Virus record (IMG/VR): IMGVR_UViG_3300012921_000001
Coordinates: 1 to 49,982 of that record
Reading direction: 5' to 3' (one strand)
DNA length: 49,982 nucleotides
Source of the DNA: a virus
Each line of letters starts with the position of its first letter. Positions within the stretch are counted from its first letter, which is position 1. The position numbers and the translations under genes were made by a program. Shown here piece by piece: positions 7,997 to 16,768 of this stretch. The notes beneath the pieces are model-generated. The model ran no database searches. It was not told the DNA's origin and worked only from the letters and a program-made list of their open reading frames with translations.

Positions 7997-9637
7997 ATGC
8001 CGGAAACACCAAACGAACCAGAAAGACTGCCACCACACTCATGGGAGGCAGAGCAGGCAGTTATTGGCAGTGCGCTGATAGCCAATCAGACACTGCTGGA
8101 AACATCCAAAATTCTGGAGCCGTTTGATTTCTATGTGCCTCAGCATCAGATTGTCTGGAAAACAATAAGGCATCTTTGGAGCAACCTTTGCCCCGTCGAT
8201 ATGGTGACGGTCAGCGAAGAGCTGAAGAAGACAGGCGAACCAGGCAGAACCGACCTGGACAAAGTAGGCGGGCGTCAATACGTCACTGATCTGGCGCTTG
8301 CAGTAGCCACCACGGCTAATGCCACATATTACGCAAACATTGTCAAACGTCATTCCATCCGAAGACGAATCATCAAGTTAGGAATTAGGGCAAGCCGTCA
8401 GGCTTTCGAAAGTGACGACTATGAGAATGTACTCTCTAACCTCATCCGAGAATCGACACAGATTGACGAGACAGGCACCAGACGCGGTGCCCGATCGGCT
8501 GCCGAGATTCTGCCGGAAGCAAGGGCAGCCCTGGAGATTATCCGCGTGAACAAAGGCGCTGTGACCGGCATACCTACCGGCATTATCGACATTGACGAAA
8601 AGGTCTGGGGCTTCAACGGTGGAGAGTTCAACCTTCTTGCAGCACGCCCTTCGATGGGAAAGACTGCGTTCATGCTTAACGTCGCGCTGAACCAGGCGAA
8701 ACTCTATGAGCAACGCGTACTGATCATCGAACTGGAGATGTATGAAGAGCGCCTGATTAATCGCATGCTTGCCTGCATGGCGGGTCTGGACGCGAAGAAA
8801 TTTAAGACTGGCAAATTTGAAAGCTGGGATCTAGACCAGCTTGCCAAAGCAGAGAAAGAACTAGCAAAGCTGCCTATAGACATTGTTGATCAGCGTGCCG
8901 GAATTAGAACCGCCCAGGACGTTATTGCCTGCGTCGAAGATAGGCGAATCAGAGGCAAGAAGCCAGACATCGTCTGGGGAGACCACATCGGAAAACTGAA
9001 AGGCAATGCAAGCAAATACTTCAGCACAGAGCAGGAAGTATCAGACATCACCGATACATTGCAGCGCGGTGCGGCCAAGTTCGGTATTTCATTCAACTGG
9101 CTCAGTCAGCTATCCAGAGCCGTTGATCAGAGACAAGACAAGCGGCCAATGCTTTCCGATCTGAGGAATTCAGGATCGTTGGAGCAAGACGCTTCGGTGG
9201 TCATGTTCCTTTACCGGGATGAGTACTACAACCCAAAAGACAGCATTTACAAGGGAGAGTGTGAAGTCATCATCGCCAAAAACCGGGATGGTGAGACCGG
9301 CACGTGTGACCTGCTCTTCAAGAAAGAGACACAACAATTTAGCAGCAAAGACACCAGAGACAACATCAAGATGTTGCTTCCCTCGGACGGAGAGAGCCTG
9401 CCAGAGATGCTGCATGCCTACGAAGCTAAACAAGTCCTTCATGCATGGGAGAAACAAGGGGGTGATTCATATGTAGAAGAGCGGCTGCATAAGCAGCTTT
9501 CAGAACACACAGGAGATAGTCACGCCGACCAGATCGAAGTAAGAAACTGGACGGTGTTGACAGAAGAATGGGAAAAGATCAAAGGCTCCAGGATCGTTGT
9601 AAATCCTTACTCCGACTTGGATGTATTCAATACCTAA
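7997..9637 (+). CDS. dnaB: replicative DNA helicase, DnaB family, with a ~100-aa C-terminal extension
   Basis: N-terminal PPHSWEAEQAVIGSALI (classic DnaB). Walker A is ARPSMGKTAFMLNVAL. Also LSQLSRAVDQR and the RecA-like core. Confidence 0.9.
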   Translation: MPETPNEPERLPPHSWEAEQAVIGSALIANQTLLETSKILEPFDFYVPQHQIVWKTIRHLWSNLCPVDMVTVSEELKKTGEPGRTDLDKVGGRQYVTDLALAVATTANATYYANIVKRHSIRRRIIKLGIRASRQAFESDDYENVLSNLIRESTQIDETGTRRGARSAAEILPEARAALEIIRVNKGAVTGIPTGIIDIDEKVWGFNGGEFNLLAARPSMGKTAFMLNVALNQAKLYEQRVLIIELEMYEERLINRMLACMAGLDAKKFKTGKFESWDLDQLAKAEKELAKLPIDIVDQRAGIRTAQDVIACVEDRRIRGKKPDIVWGDHIGKLKGNASKYFSTEQEVSDITDTLQRGAAKFGISFNWLSQLSRAVDQRQDKRPMLSDLRNSGSLEQDASVVMFLYRDEYYNPKDSIYKGECEVIIAKNRDGETGTCDLLFKKETQQFSSKDTRDNIKMLLPSDGESLPEMLHAYEAKQVLHAWEKQGGDSYVEERLHKQLSEHTGDSHADQIEVRNWTVLTEEWEKIKGSRIVVNPYSDLDVFNT

Positions 9638-9658
9638 TTACCTTTTGGAGTTTTACAA

Positions 9659-9865
9659 ATGCCTAAGAAAGTACTGATCGCGCTGCCACCGGCGATGCTT
9701 GAGCAAGTGGATTTCATCGCACAGCACGAGCACCGGACAAGAAGCGATCTGATAAGAGAAGCATTGCGCCGCTACCTGGACAACTTCAGAAAGAACCAGG
9801 GCGCTGCACATTTGGCTATCAGTTCAATCGAAGTAAACGACCCATATAAACCGACACTCTCATGA
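9659..9865 (+). CDS. ribbon-helix-helix (CopG/Arc/MetJ) DNA-binding protein
   Basis: KKVLIALPPAMLEQVDFIAQHEHRTRSDLIREALRRYL has the canonical RHH pattern. TGGAG Shine-Dalgarno upstream. Confidence 0.75.
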   Translation: MPKKVLIALPPAMLEQVDFIAQHEHRTRSDLIREALRRYLDNFRKNQGAAHLAISSIEVNDPYKPTLS

Positions 9866-10509
9866 AGCAGCTGCCTCTGTTCGGTCCAGAAGAACTAAAA
9901 AAGCTGGAAGAACAGAAGCAGGACAAGCCAAAGAAGACCGGTAAGAAAAAGCCTCGCAAGAAAAAGAAGAAGCTTCACAGGAAGCCGGCACCCGTTGTTA
10001 TGCGGTTCTGCAAGCGCTGCCTGTGTCGCATCGACGCGGACAAAATACCGGTGTGCAATGCAGTCTGTGCTTTCTGTTTTCGAGACGATGAAGTCTCTGG
10101 CGGTTTCCTGAAGTGGTTCACGGATCACTTCCACGCGCTGGAGCCGCTAGAGAAAAGCCCTGACCCAGAAAAGCGGGGTCAGGTGAAGGAATTCGGGGAG
10201 CTGGTCTGCCAGTACCAGCAAGCCGACCGGTGCGCCCGCATCGCGATCAAGTATCTCGAAAGCGAGCACAGAGATCGAAAGCAGGCGGTGCTTGCAGCAC
10301 TAGATCGTTTGTCCTTCCCACCGCCGACTAAAAACGTATTCGCTGCATGGAGAGCACGAATTAGACCGCAAATAAAAGCTGCACGAATAAATCTTGGTGA
10401 GCCGGTCATCAACTGGCAGCAAACAAAGTACAGACCACAAGACCAGGAAGACTACAAGCTGCCGACCGTAGACACAAAAAGGAAAAGGAAAAATGCACGG
10501 AAGATGTGA
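9862..10509 (+). CDS. hypothetical protein with a poly-Lys N-terminal tract and a Cys cluster
   Basis: ATGA overlap with the RHH gene. Contains KKTGKKKPRKKKKKLHRK followed by CKRCLCRIDADKIPVCNAVCAFC. Confidence 0.6.
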   Translation: MKQLPLFGPEELKKLEEQKQDKPKKTGKKKPRKKKKKLHRKPAPVVMRFCKRCLCRIDADKIPVCNAVCAFCFRDDEVSGGFLKWFTDHFHALEPLEKSPDPEKRGQVKEFGELVCQYQQADRCARIAIKYLESEHRDRKQAVLAALDRLSFPPPTKNVFAAWRARIRPQIKAARINLGEPVINWQQTKYRPQDQEDYKLPTVDTKRKRKNARKM

Positions 10510-11074
10510 CTTTTGCAGAGAGGAGTTAAACCCGCCCCATGCTCACTATTGCGCCGATGAATACATTGCGAGGCTGGGCAACTCGCAGGACGCTGTGACT
10601 GTCTTCCTGGACGCTCACAAAGAGTTCATGAAAGACCAAACCAGTCAAGCGAACTGGGACAAGTTAGAGAAAGCAATTGCAGCATTGCCTTATTCGGGTG
10701 ACGCGCCCAGGGCGAAGATGTACATGCACAGAGCACAGCTTGCCATCAGGGTTGCAGACGCTGCCTTCTTCCACTACATGGAAGGCGATGCTACACAACT
10801 TGAGGCTGCACTTATTGAGTGGATCGAGTTTCGCTACAAGTGGGATCGGCCGGTCGGACCCGAAGAAGAACTGAGCGAAACGCTTAGACGCTGCCAGAAA
10901 TTTCTCAAGATGAAAGGGCTGTATGGCGACGTAGCGAGAATAAATCGCCCGAAGCTTGCAGGAATGCTGACGACTTGCAGAGACCTTCTGAGCAAGCTCA
11001 CAGCGTTCACCGGTGACCTAATTTCTGAGCGCTTGCAATTAGTGGAGGCGTCGAAAGATGAACAGCTGCCCTGA
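10493..11074 (+). CDS. hypothetical protein (N-terminal CxxC…HxxC)
   Basis: 193-aa ORF overlapping its upstream neighbour by 17 nt. Confidence 0.6.
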   Translation: MHGRCDFCREELNPPHAHYCADEYIARLGNSQDAVTVFLDAHKEFMKDQTSQANWDKLEKAIAALPYSGDAPRAKMYMHRAQLAIRVADAAFFHYMEGDATQLEAALIEWIEFRYKWDRPVGPEEELSETLRRCQKFLKMKGLYGDVARINRPKLAGMLTTCRDLLSKLTAFTGDLISERLQLVEASKDEQLP

Positions 11075-11357
11075 GTGCAATGCAGATCAAAAGTACAAAC
11101 AGCCTGGAGTGCTGGGCGGTACTGAGATCGGTTTCTATTGTGGTGCTGTCTGGGTGCAAAGTAGCTCCAGAACTTCATACGCTCGAAAGGGATGTGACTA
11201 CAGAGCGCCAAAAGGTGCGGTGTTCATGGGCGTTGACCTGGCGAGCGGTCCAGATCGCACAGTCGGCATCGACCCTGACACTGGTTTACCGGTAGACATG
11301 AAGCTCTTCAGCCCAGAGAAGTTGGAAGAGCTGTACAGGAGGCACGCGCTGGAATGA
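11058..11357 (+). CDS. zinc-ribbon hypothetical protein
   Basis: MNSCPECNADQ…FYCGAVW. Overlaps both neighbours. Confidence 0.55.
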   Translation: MNSCPECNADQKYKQPGVLGGTEIGFYCGAVWVQSSSRTSYARKGCDYRAPKGAVFMGVDLASGPDRTVGIDPDTGLPVDMKLFSPEKLEELYRRHALE

Positions 11358-11929
11358 GCGGCTTTGCATTCACCGACTTAGAAACTACCGGGCTCTCTGA
11401 GTCTGATGACCGGATAACGCAGATTGCAGCGATCCGGACAGACGAAAATTTCAAAATCCGAGGCGTTTTCAAAATGCACGTGTACCTGCCGGATGAGATC
11501 GAGCTGAGCGACTACGCCAGAGAAATCACCGGCATCACCAGGGAATCTCTACAGCGTGAACCGCCAGAAGAAATCGTCATTCGAGCTTATCTGGACTTCT
11601 GTTATTCAGATGACCCGCTGGTGTTCGCTGCCTATAACAAGCAGTTCGACATGAGGATGATCATTGCCGCGTGTCACCGCTATCCAGGGATGTATGAGCT
11701 GTTTAAGAAGCGCATCAAGACGCCCGCTTATTGCGTGATGAAGGCGGCAGAAGAGCACCTGCCGGATGTGCCCCGCATTTACCGTGAAGACGGCAAATAT
11801 AGCCAGTACAAACTTGAGCTGGTGGCAAAGCACCTGGGCATCAGGATAAAACCGCACGACGCGCTGGAAGACATTGCAGCGACGTTGAAGATCGCAAAAC
11901 ACATCAGGAGGATCAAAGGTGGACGGTGA
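11354..11929 (+). CDS. DnaQ-like 3'-5' exonuclease (DEDDh family)
   Basis: ExoI FTDLETTGL, ExoII AAYNKQFDMRMI, ExoIII HDALEDIAAT. Confidence 0.85.
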   Translation: MSGFAFTDLETTGLSESDDRITQIAAIRTDENFKIRGVFKMHVYLPDEIELSDYAREITGITRESLQREPPEEIVIRAYLDFCYSDDPLVFAAYNKQFDMRMIIAACHRYPGMYELFKKRIKTPAYCVMKAAEEHLPDVPRIYREDGKYSQYKLELVAKHLGIRIKPHDALEDIAATLKIAKHIRRIKGGR

Positions 11930-12629
11930 CTATCAAAACCCCCTGGACCCGAATCTAGTTGTTCTGGTTCAGCAAGAGATGGAGCGCTCTTACGAAAAGT
12001 TCGGAGAGCAAAACCATCAGCCCGAAAGATGGCTGACCATCCTGGGCGAAGAGTACGGCGAGGCGTGCCAAGCCGCTCTAAAGATGACCTTCGACGGTCA
12101 ACCCGCGCAGAACTATGTTGACGAATTGCTCCAGGTGGCTGCTGTCGCACTCAATGCGATCCAGTCGTTTGAGAGACAAGGGCGCTTCTTCACCAGGGCT
12201 GATGAAAGGGTTTTGCTGGCACGAATCGAGCAGCTAGAAACAGCGCTCAACAAGATTGCCACCTTCAATCCATCTCCGATCTGGGACAAGCAAGGCATGA
12301 TCGACATTGCAACAGAGGCGCTAGAAGAATCGCCCTGGCTTGATTATGCAATGGATCAGAAATACAACACACCTCAAGTAGTGGACCCGATGGCACACAT
12401 GCACAAGCCAATCACTAAAGAGATGTTGGAAGACGCACCAGGCTTTGAGACCTTTGTGCGGGAAGAGGTAGCAAAACGCTTTGCTGATGCAATTACTGAG
12501 CCGATGCTTTCGCACATCTCCGACTGCGAGAACTGCACGAGCAAGGATCGGAACTGGTGCTGGATGAATACACACGGAAGCATCCGAACAGATGTGACCG
12601 GAAGTTGTGGGTGCAAGTGTCATGCCTAA
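11919..12629 (+). CDS. MazG-like all-alpha NTP pyrophosphohydrolase domain protein with a Cys-rich C-terminus
   Basis: GTG start 7 nt after AGGAGG. WLTILGEEYGEACQAAL and DELLQVAAVALNAI resemble the EExGE metal-binding helices of MazG-like enzymes. The C-terminus is CENCTS…CGCKCH. Confidence 0.45.
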   Translation: MDGDYQNPLDPNLVVLVQQEMERSYEKFGEQNHQPERWLTILGEEYGEACQAALKMTFDGQPAQNYVDELLQVAAVALNAIQSFERQGRFFTRADERVLLARIEQLETALNKIATFNPSPIWDKQGMIDIATEALEESPWLDYAMDQKYNTPQVVDPMAHMHKPITKEMLEDAPGFETFVREEVAKRFADAITEPMLSHISDCENCTSKDRNWCWMNTHGSIRTDVTGSCGCKCHA

Positions 12630-12864
12630 ACAAACACAGCCGAAGATTGAAACCACGTCAACCGGGAAGCTCAAGCTCAGCTTCAAAGGTCAGATCTGGT
12701 ACATCGAAGCCGCCGAAGCAGTTGACTTTCTTTGGAATCTTCTGAAAGCAGTGGTGAAGATGAACGCGAAGTTTAGTGACTGTGAATGCGTAAGTAACTA
12801 TCACAGCACACAGGAAATTTACTGCTGCCAGAAGTGCGGCTGGCCAATGGGGGAAAGTCTATGA
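12622..12864 (+). CDS. hypothetical Cys-rich small protein
   Basis: ATG 12622 overlaps the upstream stop by 8 nt. The C-terminus is CECVSNYHSTQEIYCCQKCGWP. Confidence 0.5.
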   Translation: MPKQTQPKIETTSTGKLKLSFKGQIWYIEAAEAVDFLWNLLKAVVKMNAKFSDCECVSNYHSTQEIYCCQKCGWPMGESL

Positions 12865-13220
12865 GCAGAGAGAAAGACGTTGCACTAGTTGCAATCACTA
12901 AGACATGGAGCATCAGCGATCCTGATGGTTACATCATCGCCTTCCAAGGTCCGAAGCTTTATCCCGAAGATGCCAGAATCAAAGTCTGCGCTTTCGAGCA
13001 AGAATGCGAAGACGACGCGAGCATCAACAGAATCGGAGACACACCACTGGCGCGCCAGTTCGATGGGAAGTCTGTCGGCCTGTACATCTGGGAAGGCGAA
13101 GTGAAGTATCCAGCCCCCGAGTCTCTGGGAGAGTTCGACACTTCTGCACCAGATCTAGAAGGCGAGATCCGAGACGCCACGGTGGAAGACTTGGTTGCTT
13201 TCGGGATGCTGAAGCAATGA
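12861..13220 (+). CDS. hypothetical protein
   Basis: ATG 12861 (MSREKD…) has an ATGA overlap and GGGGGA Shine-Dalgarno upstream. Acidic. Confidence 0.55.
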   Translation: MSREKDVALVAITKTWSISDPDGYIIAFQGPKLYPEDARIKVCAFEQECEDDASINRIGDTPLARQFDGKSVGLYIWEGEVKYPAPESLGEFDTSAPDLEGEIRDATVEDLVAFGMLKQ

Positions 13221-13567
13221 ACATCGAAGAGCAAAAACAAAAGCTGCTGGAGTGCGCCCAGAAGCTTGAAGAGTACAGCGAATTGATTGAGCCGCTTTTC
13301 CAGCTCGGTAGCGAGAATCTTGCACCTGGGACAGACTGGTGGTGCTGCATTGCTGGTATGCGTCACATCAATCTGGCGAACATTCGATTTTTGAAATCTA
13401 TGTCCAATGAACTTGAGCGGCCGAAGAAAGCGCTAGGTGACAGCTACCTGGACAGGCGAATGCTCAAGCAGAGAGAAAACACAATCGCTGCTCACGAGGT
13501 TGAAAGCCCTTGCGGCAACGGCTGCCTGCTGACCTGGAAGGCACAGCAGATCATCAATGAAACATAA
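13217..13567 (+). CDS. hypothetical protein
   Basis: ATG 13217 (MNIEEQKQ…) has an ATGA overlap. The longer track ORF starting at 13004 has an Arg-rich, implausible N-terminus. Confidence 0.55.
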   Translation: MNIEEQKQKLLECAQKLEEYSELIEPLFQLGSENLAPGTDWWCCIAGMRHINLANIRFLKSMSNELERPKKALGDSYLDRRMLKQRENTIAAHEVESPCGNGCLLTWKAQQIINET

Positions 13568-13594
13568 CCAGCATTATCAGAACACAGGAGTGCT

Positions 13595-13942
13595 ATGAAC
13601 GACCCCGAAACAATACTGCTAATAGCATGGCTGGTGATCAGCGCAGTTCTACTGGTAGTAACTGCGCGAGCACTAAAAGACTCTACTGAAGTAATGCGAC
13701 TTCAGCAGGAGCACGCCATATCCATCCAAGAACTTGCACGCATTCTAGAAGCGCCACCACATAAGGTGCAGGAGCTAGCAGACGCAACAGACTGCAAGGT
13801 CTGTCACAACACGTGCTGCACCGCGCCAGACTTCGTTAGACGCATGGCATGTGGCTGCATGGAAAGCCGCTTGCACTCTGAGAGCTGTTTCTACTACGTG
13901 TGCAAAAACTGTGACACAAGTTGCAAGTGTGAACCCGAATGA
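13595..13942 (+). CDS. membrane-anchored Cys-rich protein
   Basis: N-terminal TM helix ILLIAWLVISAVLLVV. The C-terminus carries 11 Cys (CKVCHNTCC…CKNCDTSCKC). AGGAG Shine-Dalgarno upstream. Confidence 0.6.
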   Translation: MNDPETILLIAWLVISAVLLVVTARALKDSTEVMRLQQEHAISIQELARILEAPPHKVQELADATDCKVCHNTCCTAPDFVRRMACGCMESRLHSESCFYYVCKNCDTSCKCEPE

Positions 13943-14106
13943 ATGAAGACAAAAACAAATGCACCACATGTGATGCAGAGTGCGACATGAAGCAGTGCAC
14001 AAACTGCTGGGAGGTAGAGCGTCGACTGGAAGATTATCTGAAATCACCAAAGGGCTTTGTCTTCGTGATGAAGGCCACAGCAAAAGAGGCGAAAAGACCA
14101 AAATGA
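13939..14106 (+). CDS. Cys-rich microprotein (55 aa), below the ORF-track cutoff
   Basis: My own translation: MNEDKNKCTTCDAECDMKQCTNCWEVERRLEDYLKSPKGFVFVMKATAKEAKRPK. ATGA overlaps at both ends. Confidence 0.5.
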   Translation: MNEDKNKCTTCDAECDMKQCTNCWEVERRLEDYLKSPKGFVFVMKATAKEAKRPK

Positions 14107-14297
14107 CACCAGAACAGAAAGCCGCCTATGTGGTGGCACAGGCAGCGCTGCTCAACGCGCGGATATCCGCCATGAAAGCTGAAAATGACTGCTATCCAGA
14201 TGCAATTCCATACGGAGAGAAGGCATTTGATGACGTGATAGAACAGTTCGACGGAATTCTGGGACACAACGCACTAATGGAGCTTTTCAAAGACTAA
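14103..14297 (+). CDS. hypothetical small protein
   Basis: ATG 14103 (MTPEQKAAYVV…) overlaps the upstream TGA. It lies in the frame of track ORF 13980..14297. Confidence 0.5.
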   Translation: MTPEQKAAYVVAQAALLNARISAMKAENDCYPDAIPYGEKAFDDVIEQFDGILGHNALMELFKD

Positions 14298-14461
14298 TGG
14301 AACTTTGTACTGACTGTGGAAAGTGTGCGGACCACTGCGTCTGCGATCACTTCGGTGAGGTCGGAGACTGCGAAGATTGCACTGAAGCTGAAGAAGAAGA
14401 GGAAGAAGACTGGGGAGAACCGAACCCTAACAGAAACGAGAAGGAGAGACCGAAGCAATGA
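14297..14461 (+). CDS. Cys-rich acidic microprotein (54 aa), below the ORF-track cutoff
   Basis: My own translation: MELCTDCGKCADHCVCDHFGEVGDCEDCTEAEEEEEEDWGEPNPNRNEKERPKQ. TAATG and ATGA overlaps with neighbours. Confidence 0.5.
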   Translation: MELCTDCGKCADHCVCDHFGEVGDCEDCTEAEEEEEEDWGEPNPNRNEKERPKQ

Positions 14462-14625
14462 AATACGCGCTCACACTGCAAATAGTTTTCGGAGTCATGG
14501 GAGTGATCGCGGATCAGTCCGGCTGTAGAGTCTCCAGCGTATTGTTTGATCTTTCAATGACCTGCTTCGGCTGGATATTGGGTTATTCACATTGCACAAG
14601 CGAGAACAAAAAGAACGATGGTTGA
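14458..14625 (+). CDS. hydrophobic microprotein (55 aa), below the ORF-track cutoff
   Basis: My own translation: MKYALTLQIVFGVMGVIADQSGCRVSSVLFDLSMTCFGWILGYSHCTSENKKNDG. Overlaps both neighbours. Confidence 0.4.
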   Translation: MKYALTLQIVFGVMGVIADQSGCRVSSVLFDLSMTCFGWILGYSHCTSENKKNDG

Positions 14626-14851
14626 GAAGTTCCCCGAAGGTCACACGCTGCCCTGCATCTGTGACGATGAAGACACTGTCTATCTGCACTTCCACCACGA
14701 CCTGGACGCGTCACTAAGACTAGACAGAGCAGTGAGCAGGCTCCTGGTGGAGATGTACCGGGGCGACTTGCGGAAGCTTGAAGAAGAGCTAGCAGGGCAA
14801 GACGGAATGACTCTGGGCAGGTGCCCGAAAAAGATAAAGGAGAGACGATGA
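14618..14851 (+). CDS. hypothetical protein
   Basis: 77-aa ORF coupled to both neighbours by overlaps. Confidence 0.55.
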   Translation: MVEKFPEGHTLPCICDDEDTVYLHFHHDLDASLRLDRAVSRLLVEMYRGDLRKLEEELAGQDGMTLGRCPKKIKERR

Positions 14852-15114
14852 ACGAAGAGCAACAGAGAAGAATACTTGCCGGTGACTATGCAAGCGTCGG
14901 CAGAGATATAAAAGAGCAAGCGAAAGAAACTGCTATCAAAGCCGACAAGCTGGCAAAGCACATTTACGAAAACCTGATCCCGAATCTCTGCATAGTGTTG
15001 AAGGGACAAAACGGCAAGCGCTGCAAGTGGGAAGAATGCCCTGAGCCTCTCAAGTTTGCCTACCAGATGACAGCTGTTTCTCTGGTCACATTTCACGGAG
15101 TTTCAATCGACTGA
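14848..15114 (+). CDS. hypothetical protein
   Basis: ATG 14848 (MNEEQQRR…) has an ATGA overlap and GGAGAG upstream. Confidence 0.55.
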   Translation: MNEEQQRRILAGDYASVGRDIKEQAKETAIKADKLAKHIYENLIPNLCIVLKGQNGKRCKWEECPEPLKFAYQMTAVSLVTFHGVSID

Positions 15115-15374
15115 TGGACAAACTGACCGCTAACGACCTGGACATCATCAACATCAGTCTTCGGCATGGCTACTTAATTCCACATAGCAACATTCGAAAA
15201 CTGGTAGCGGAAAACGAAAGACTTTCAAACCGGCTTCGACTTGCTGAACATGCGCTTGGAGCCGCCAACCCTAACACGGTGGAAGACCCAGGCTTCAGGC
15301 TTAAGTGTCTCTGCATTGAGCCGGAAAAATTTTGGCCCTGGTATGAGCAAGTATTGAAAGAGGATGGAGCATGA
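15114..15374 (+). CDS. hypothetical protein
   Basis: 86-aa ORF whose start overlaps the upstream stop by 1 nt. Confidence 0.55.
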   Translation: MDKLTANDLDIINISLRHGYLIPHSNIRKLVAENERLSNRLRLAEHALGAANPNTVEDPGFRLKCLCIEPEKFWPWYEQVLKEDGA

Positions 15375-15598
15375 GAAGCCCAGGCGCGAAAGTCTTTCGC
15401 TATGACGCCTACCTCAAGCCGATTGAAGAGAAGAAGCCGCTGGTGTTCAAACCGATTCAAGAGAGCTGGGCAGACAAGCGCAGACGATGGCGGAAAGAAG
15501 ATGAACAGCGCTTTTTGCAAGCCGTAAAAGAGGGGCACTACGAATTTCCAGGAATCAAAACAACAGATGCCAAAGAAGAAAAAGGAAAGACTGTTTAG
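15371..15598 (+). CDS. hypothetical protein
   Basis: 75-aa ORF with an ATGA overlap. Confidence 0.5.
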   Translation: MRSPGAKVFRYDAYLKPIEEKKPLVFKPIQESWADKRRRWRKEDEQRFLQAVKEGHYEFPGIKTTDAKEEKGKTV

Positions 15599-15920
15599 CC
15601 GCCTTGCCGAAGAGGTCGTGCACGTTGTTAACGTGCTGATTGGATTGGCTCAAGAAGGCAAATACAACACGCCGAAGTTTAACGAGGAGTACAAAAAGTT
15701 TGATCGCATGAGCAAGCTGATTGTGTTGCCCGAGTGTGACTGTGCAGAAATCGGAGAGCGCCTGGTCCTTGCAGAAGACATCTGCGAAAGGGCTTGTGAG
15801 CTGGCTTTCGTGAAGATGCCGGAAGCGCCCAGGGCGAATCTCAAGAAAGAGTTTAGTGACGCGTTGAAGGAATGGAGGAGCAAAGAGAGTGAAAACAGAC
15901 TTACAGAAGAAGATGGATGA
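15567..15920 (+). CDS. hypothetical protein
   Basis: 117-aa ORF overlapping its upstream neighbour by 32 nt. Confidence 0.5.
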   Translation: MPKKKKERLFSRLAEEVVHVVNVLIGLAQEGKYNTPKFNEEYKKFDRMSKLIVLPECDCAEIGERLVLAEDICERACELAFVKMPEAPRANLKKEFSDALKEWRSKESENRLTEEDG

Positions 15921-16182
15921 ATTGAGCCACGACTTAAGAAGCCAGTCATCAGTGGTTAATAAGAAGCTGGACCTGATTGAGCTAATCAGAACCTTGCCGG
16001 AAGAAGCACCAGATACTTTGACTCTGATGTATCAGCGTGGACCTGGTGGAAACATAGAGCACATTTTTGGAAGAAGGCACTCAAGTATTCCAGCCGAAGC
16101 ACGAGACATCATGAAGAAGGCGGCTACAAATGCCTTCAACGAAATCAGAGAGATGCTGGTGAAGAGACTAGAAGAGCTATGA
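15889..16182 (+). CDS. hypothetical protein
   Basis: GTG start 8 nt after GGAGGAG. 97 aa. Confidence 0.5.
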   Translation: MKTDLQKKMDELSHDLRSQSSVVNKKLDLIELIRTLPEEAPDTLTLMYQRGPGGNIEHIFGRRHSSIPAEARDIMKKAATNAFNEIREMLVKRLEEL

Positions 16183-16511
16183 GTTGCGGCAATCCAGAAG
16201 ATGCAGAAGGCGAGTGGATCGGCGGCAAGTTTGTGTTTACTGTTGAGTATGCTTTGCTGGGCTTCGATCACTACAGTCCCGAATCAGAAAGAAAGTTTGA
16301 AGATAGTTTCTTTCGTTGTCGCAGATGGTGCCTGCTTGCTGCCGACATTCAGCGCCGACTTGATCACGGAGTCTGGGACATCTTCAAGCCGCTTCTGCTT
16401 CGCCAGCAGCGAGCGTTAGCAACCGGCATAAAGGGTGTGGACATTGAGATTAGACACGCCGTCTGGTCCACATTACCGCCAGATTCTGATGGCTTCGTTT
16501 ACTTTGAATAG
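16179..16511 (+). CDS. hypothetical protein
   Basis: 110-aa ORF with an ATGA overlap. It is followed by a 56-nt gap with a weak hairpin and a T-rich stretch. Confidence 0.55.
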   Translation: MSCGNPEDAEGEWIGGKFVFTVEYALLGFDHYSPESERKFEDSFFRCRRWCLLAADIQRRLDHGVWDIFKPLLLRQQRALATGIKGVDIEIRHAVWSTLPPDSDGFVYFE

Positions 16512-16567
16512 AACACACCGCCGCGTCATCGTATTTGGTGGCGTGGCTTTTTATTGGAGCCAGTTAG

Positions 16568-16768
16568 ATGGATGAGGAGAAGCTCATAGCCATTGCTAAG
16601 AAATACGGCATGGATCGCTACCAGCTCAATTCACTGCTGCTTCCACTGAACTTCACAAAGCAGATTGAGCAGTTTCAGAATGCAATGCTGTTTGAAAAGC
16701 AAGAGCGAGAAAGGCGGCTGTACTGGGTGTTTAGATACCGAATCAACAGGAAGAAGGAACCGGAATGA
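16568..16768 (+). CDS. hypothetical protein
   Basis: 66-aa ORF with TGGAG Shine-Dalgarno 8 nt upstream. Confidence 0.5.
   Translation: MDEEKLIAIAKKYGMDRYQLNSLLLPLNFTKQIEQFQNAMLFEKQERERRLYWVFRYRINRKKEPE

Noticed and set aside
13004-13216. N-terminal extension of track ORF 13004..13567
   Set aside because: The extension is Arg-rich and overlaps 12861..13220 entirely. ATG 13217 with an ATGA overlap gives a sensible start.
14316-14528. 70-aa Arg/Lys/Ser-rich plus-strand track ORF
   Set aside because: It is out of frame with two chained microprotein ORFs (14297..14461, 14458..14625). Those have ATGA/TAATG coupling and more protein-like sequences.
16512-16567. Possible rho-independent terminator after 16179..16511
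   Set aside because: The stem requires a bulge (CAC-C-GCC / GGC-GTG) and has a 17-nt loop. It is too weak to call.
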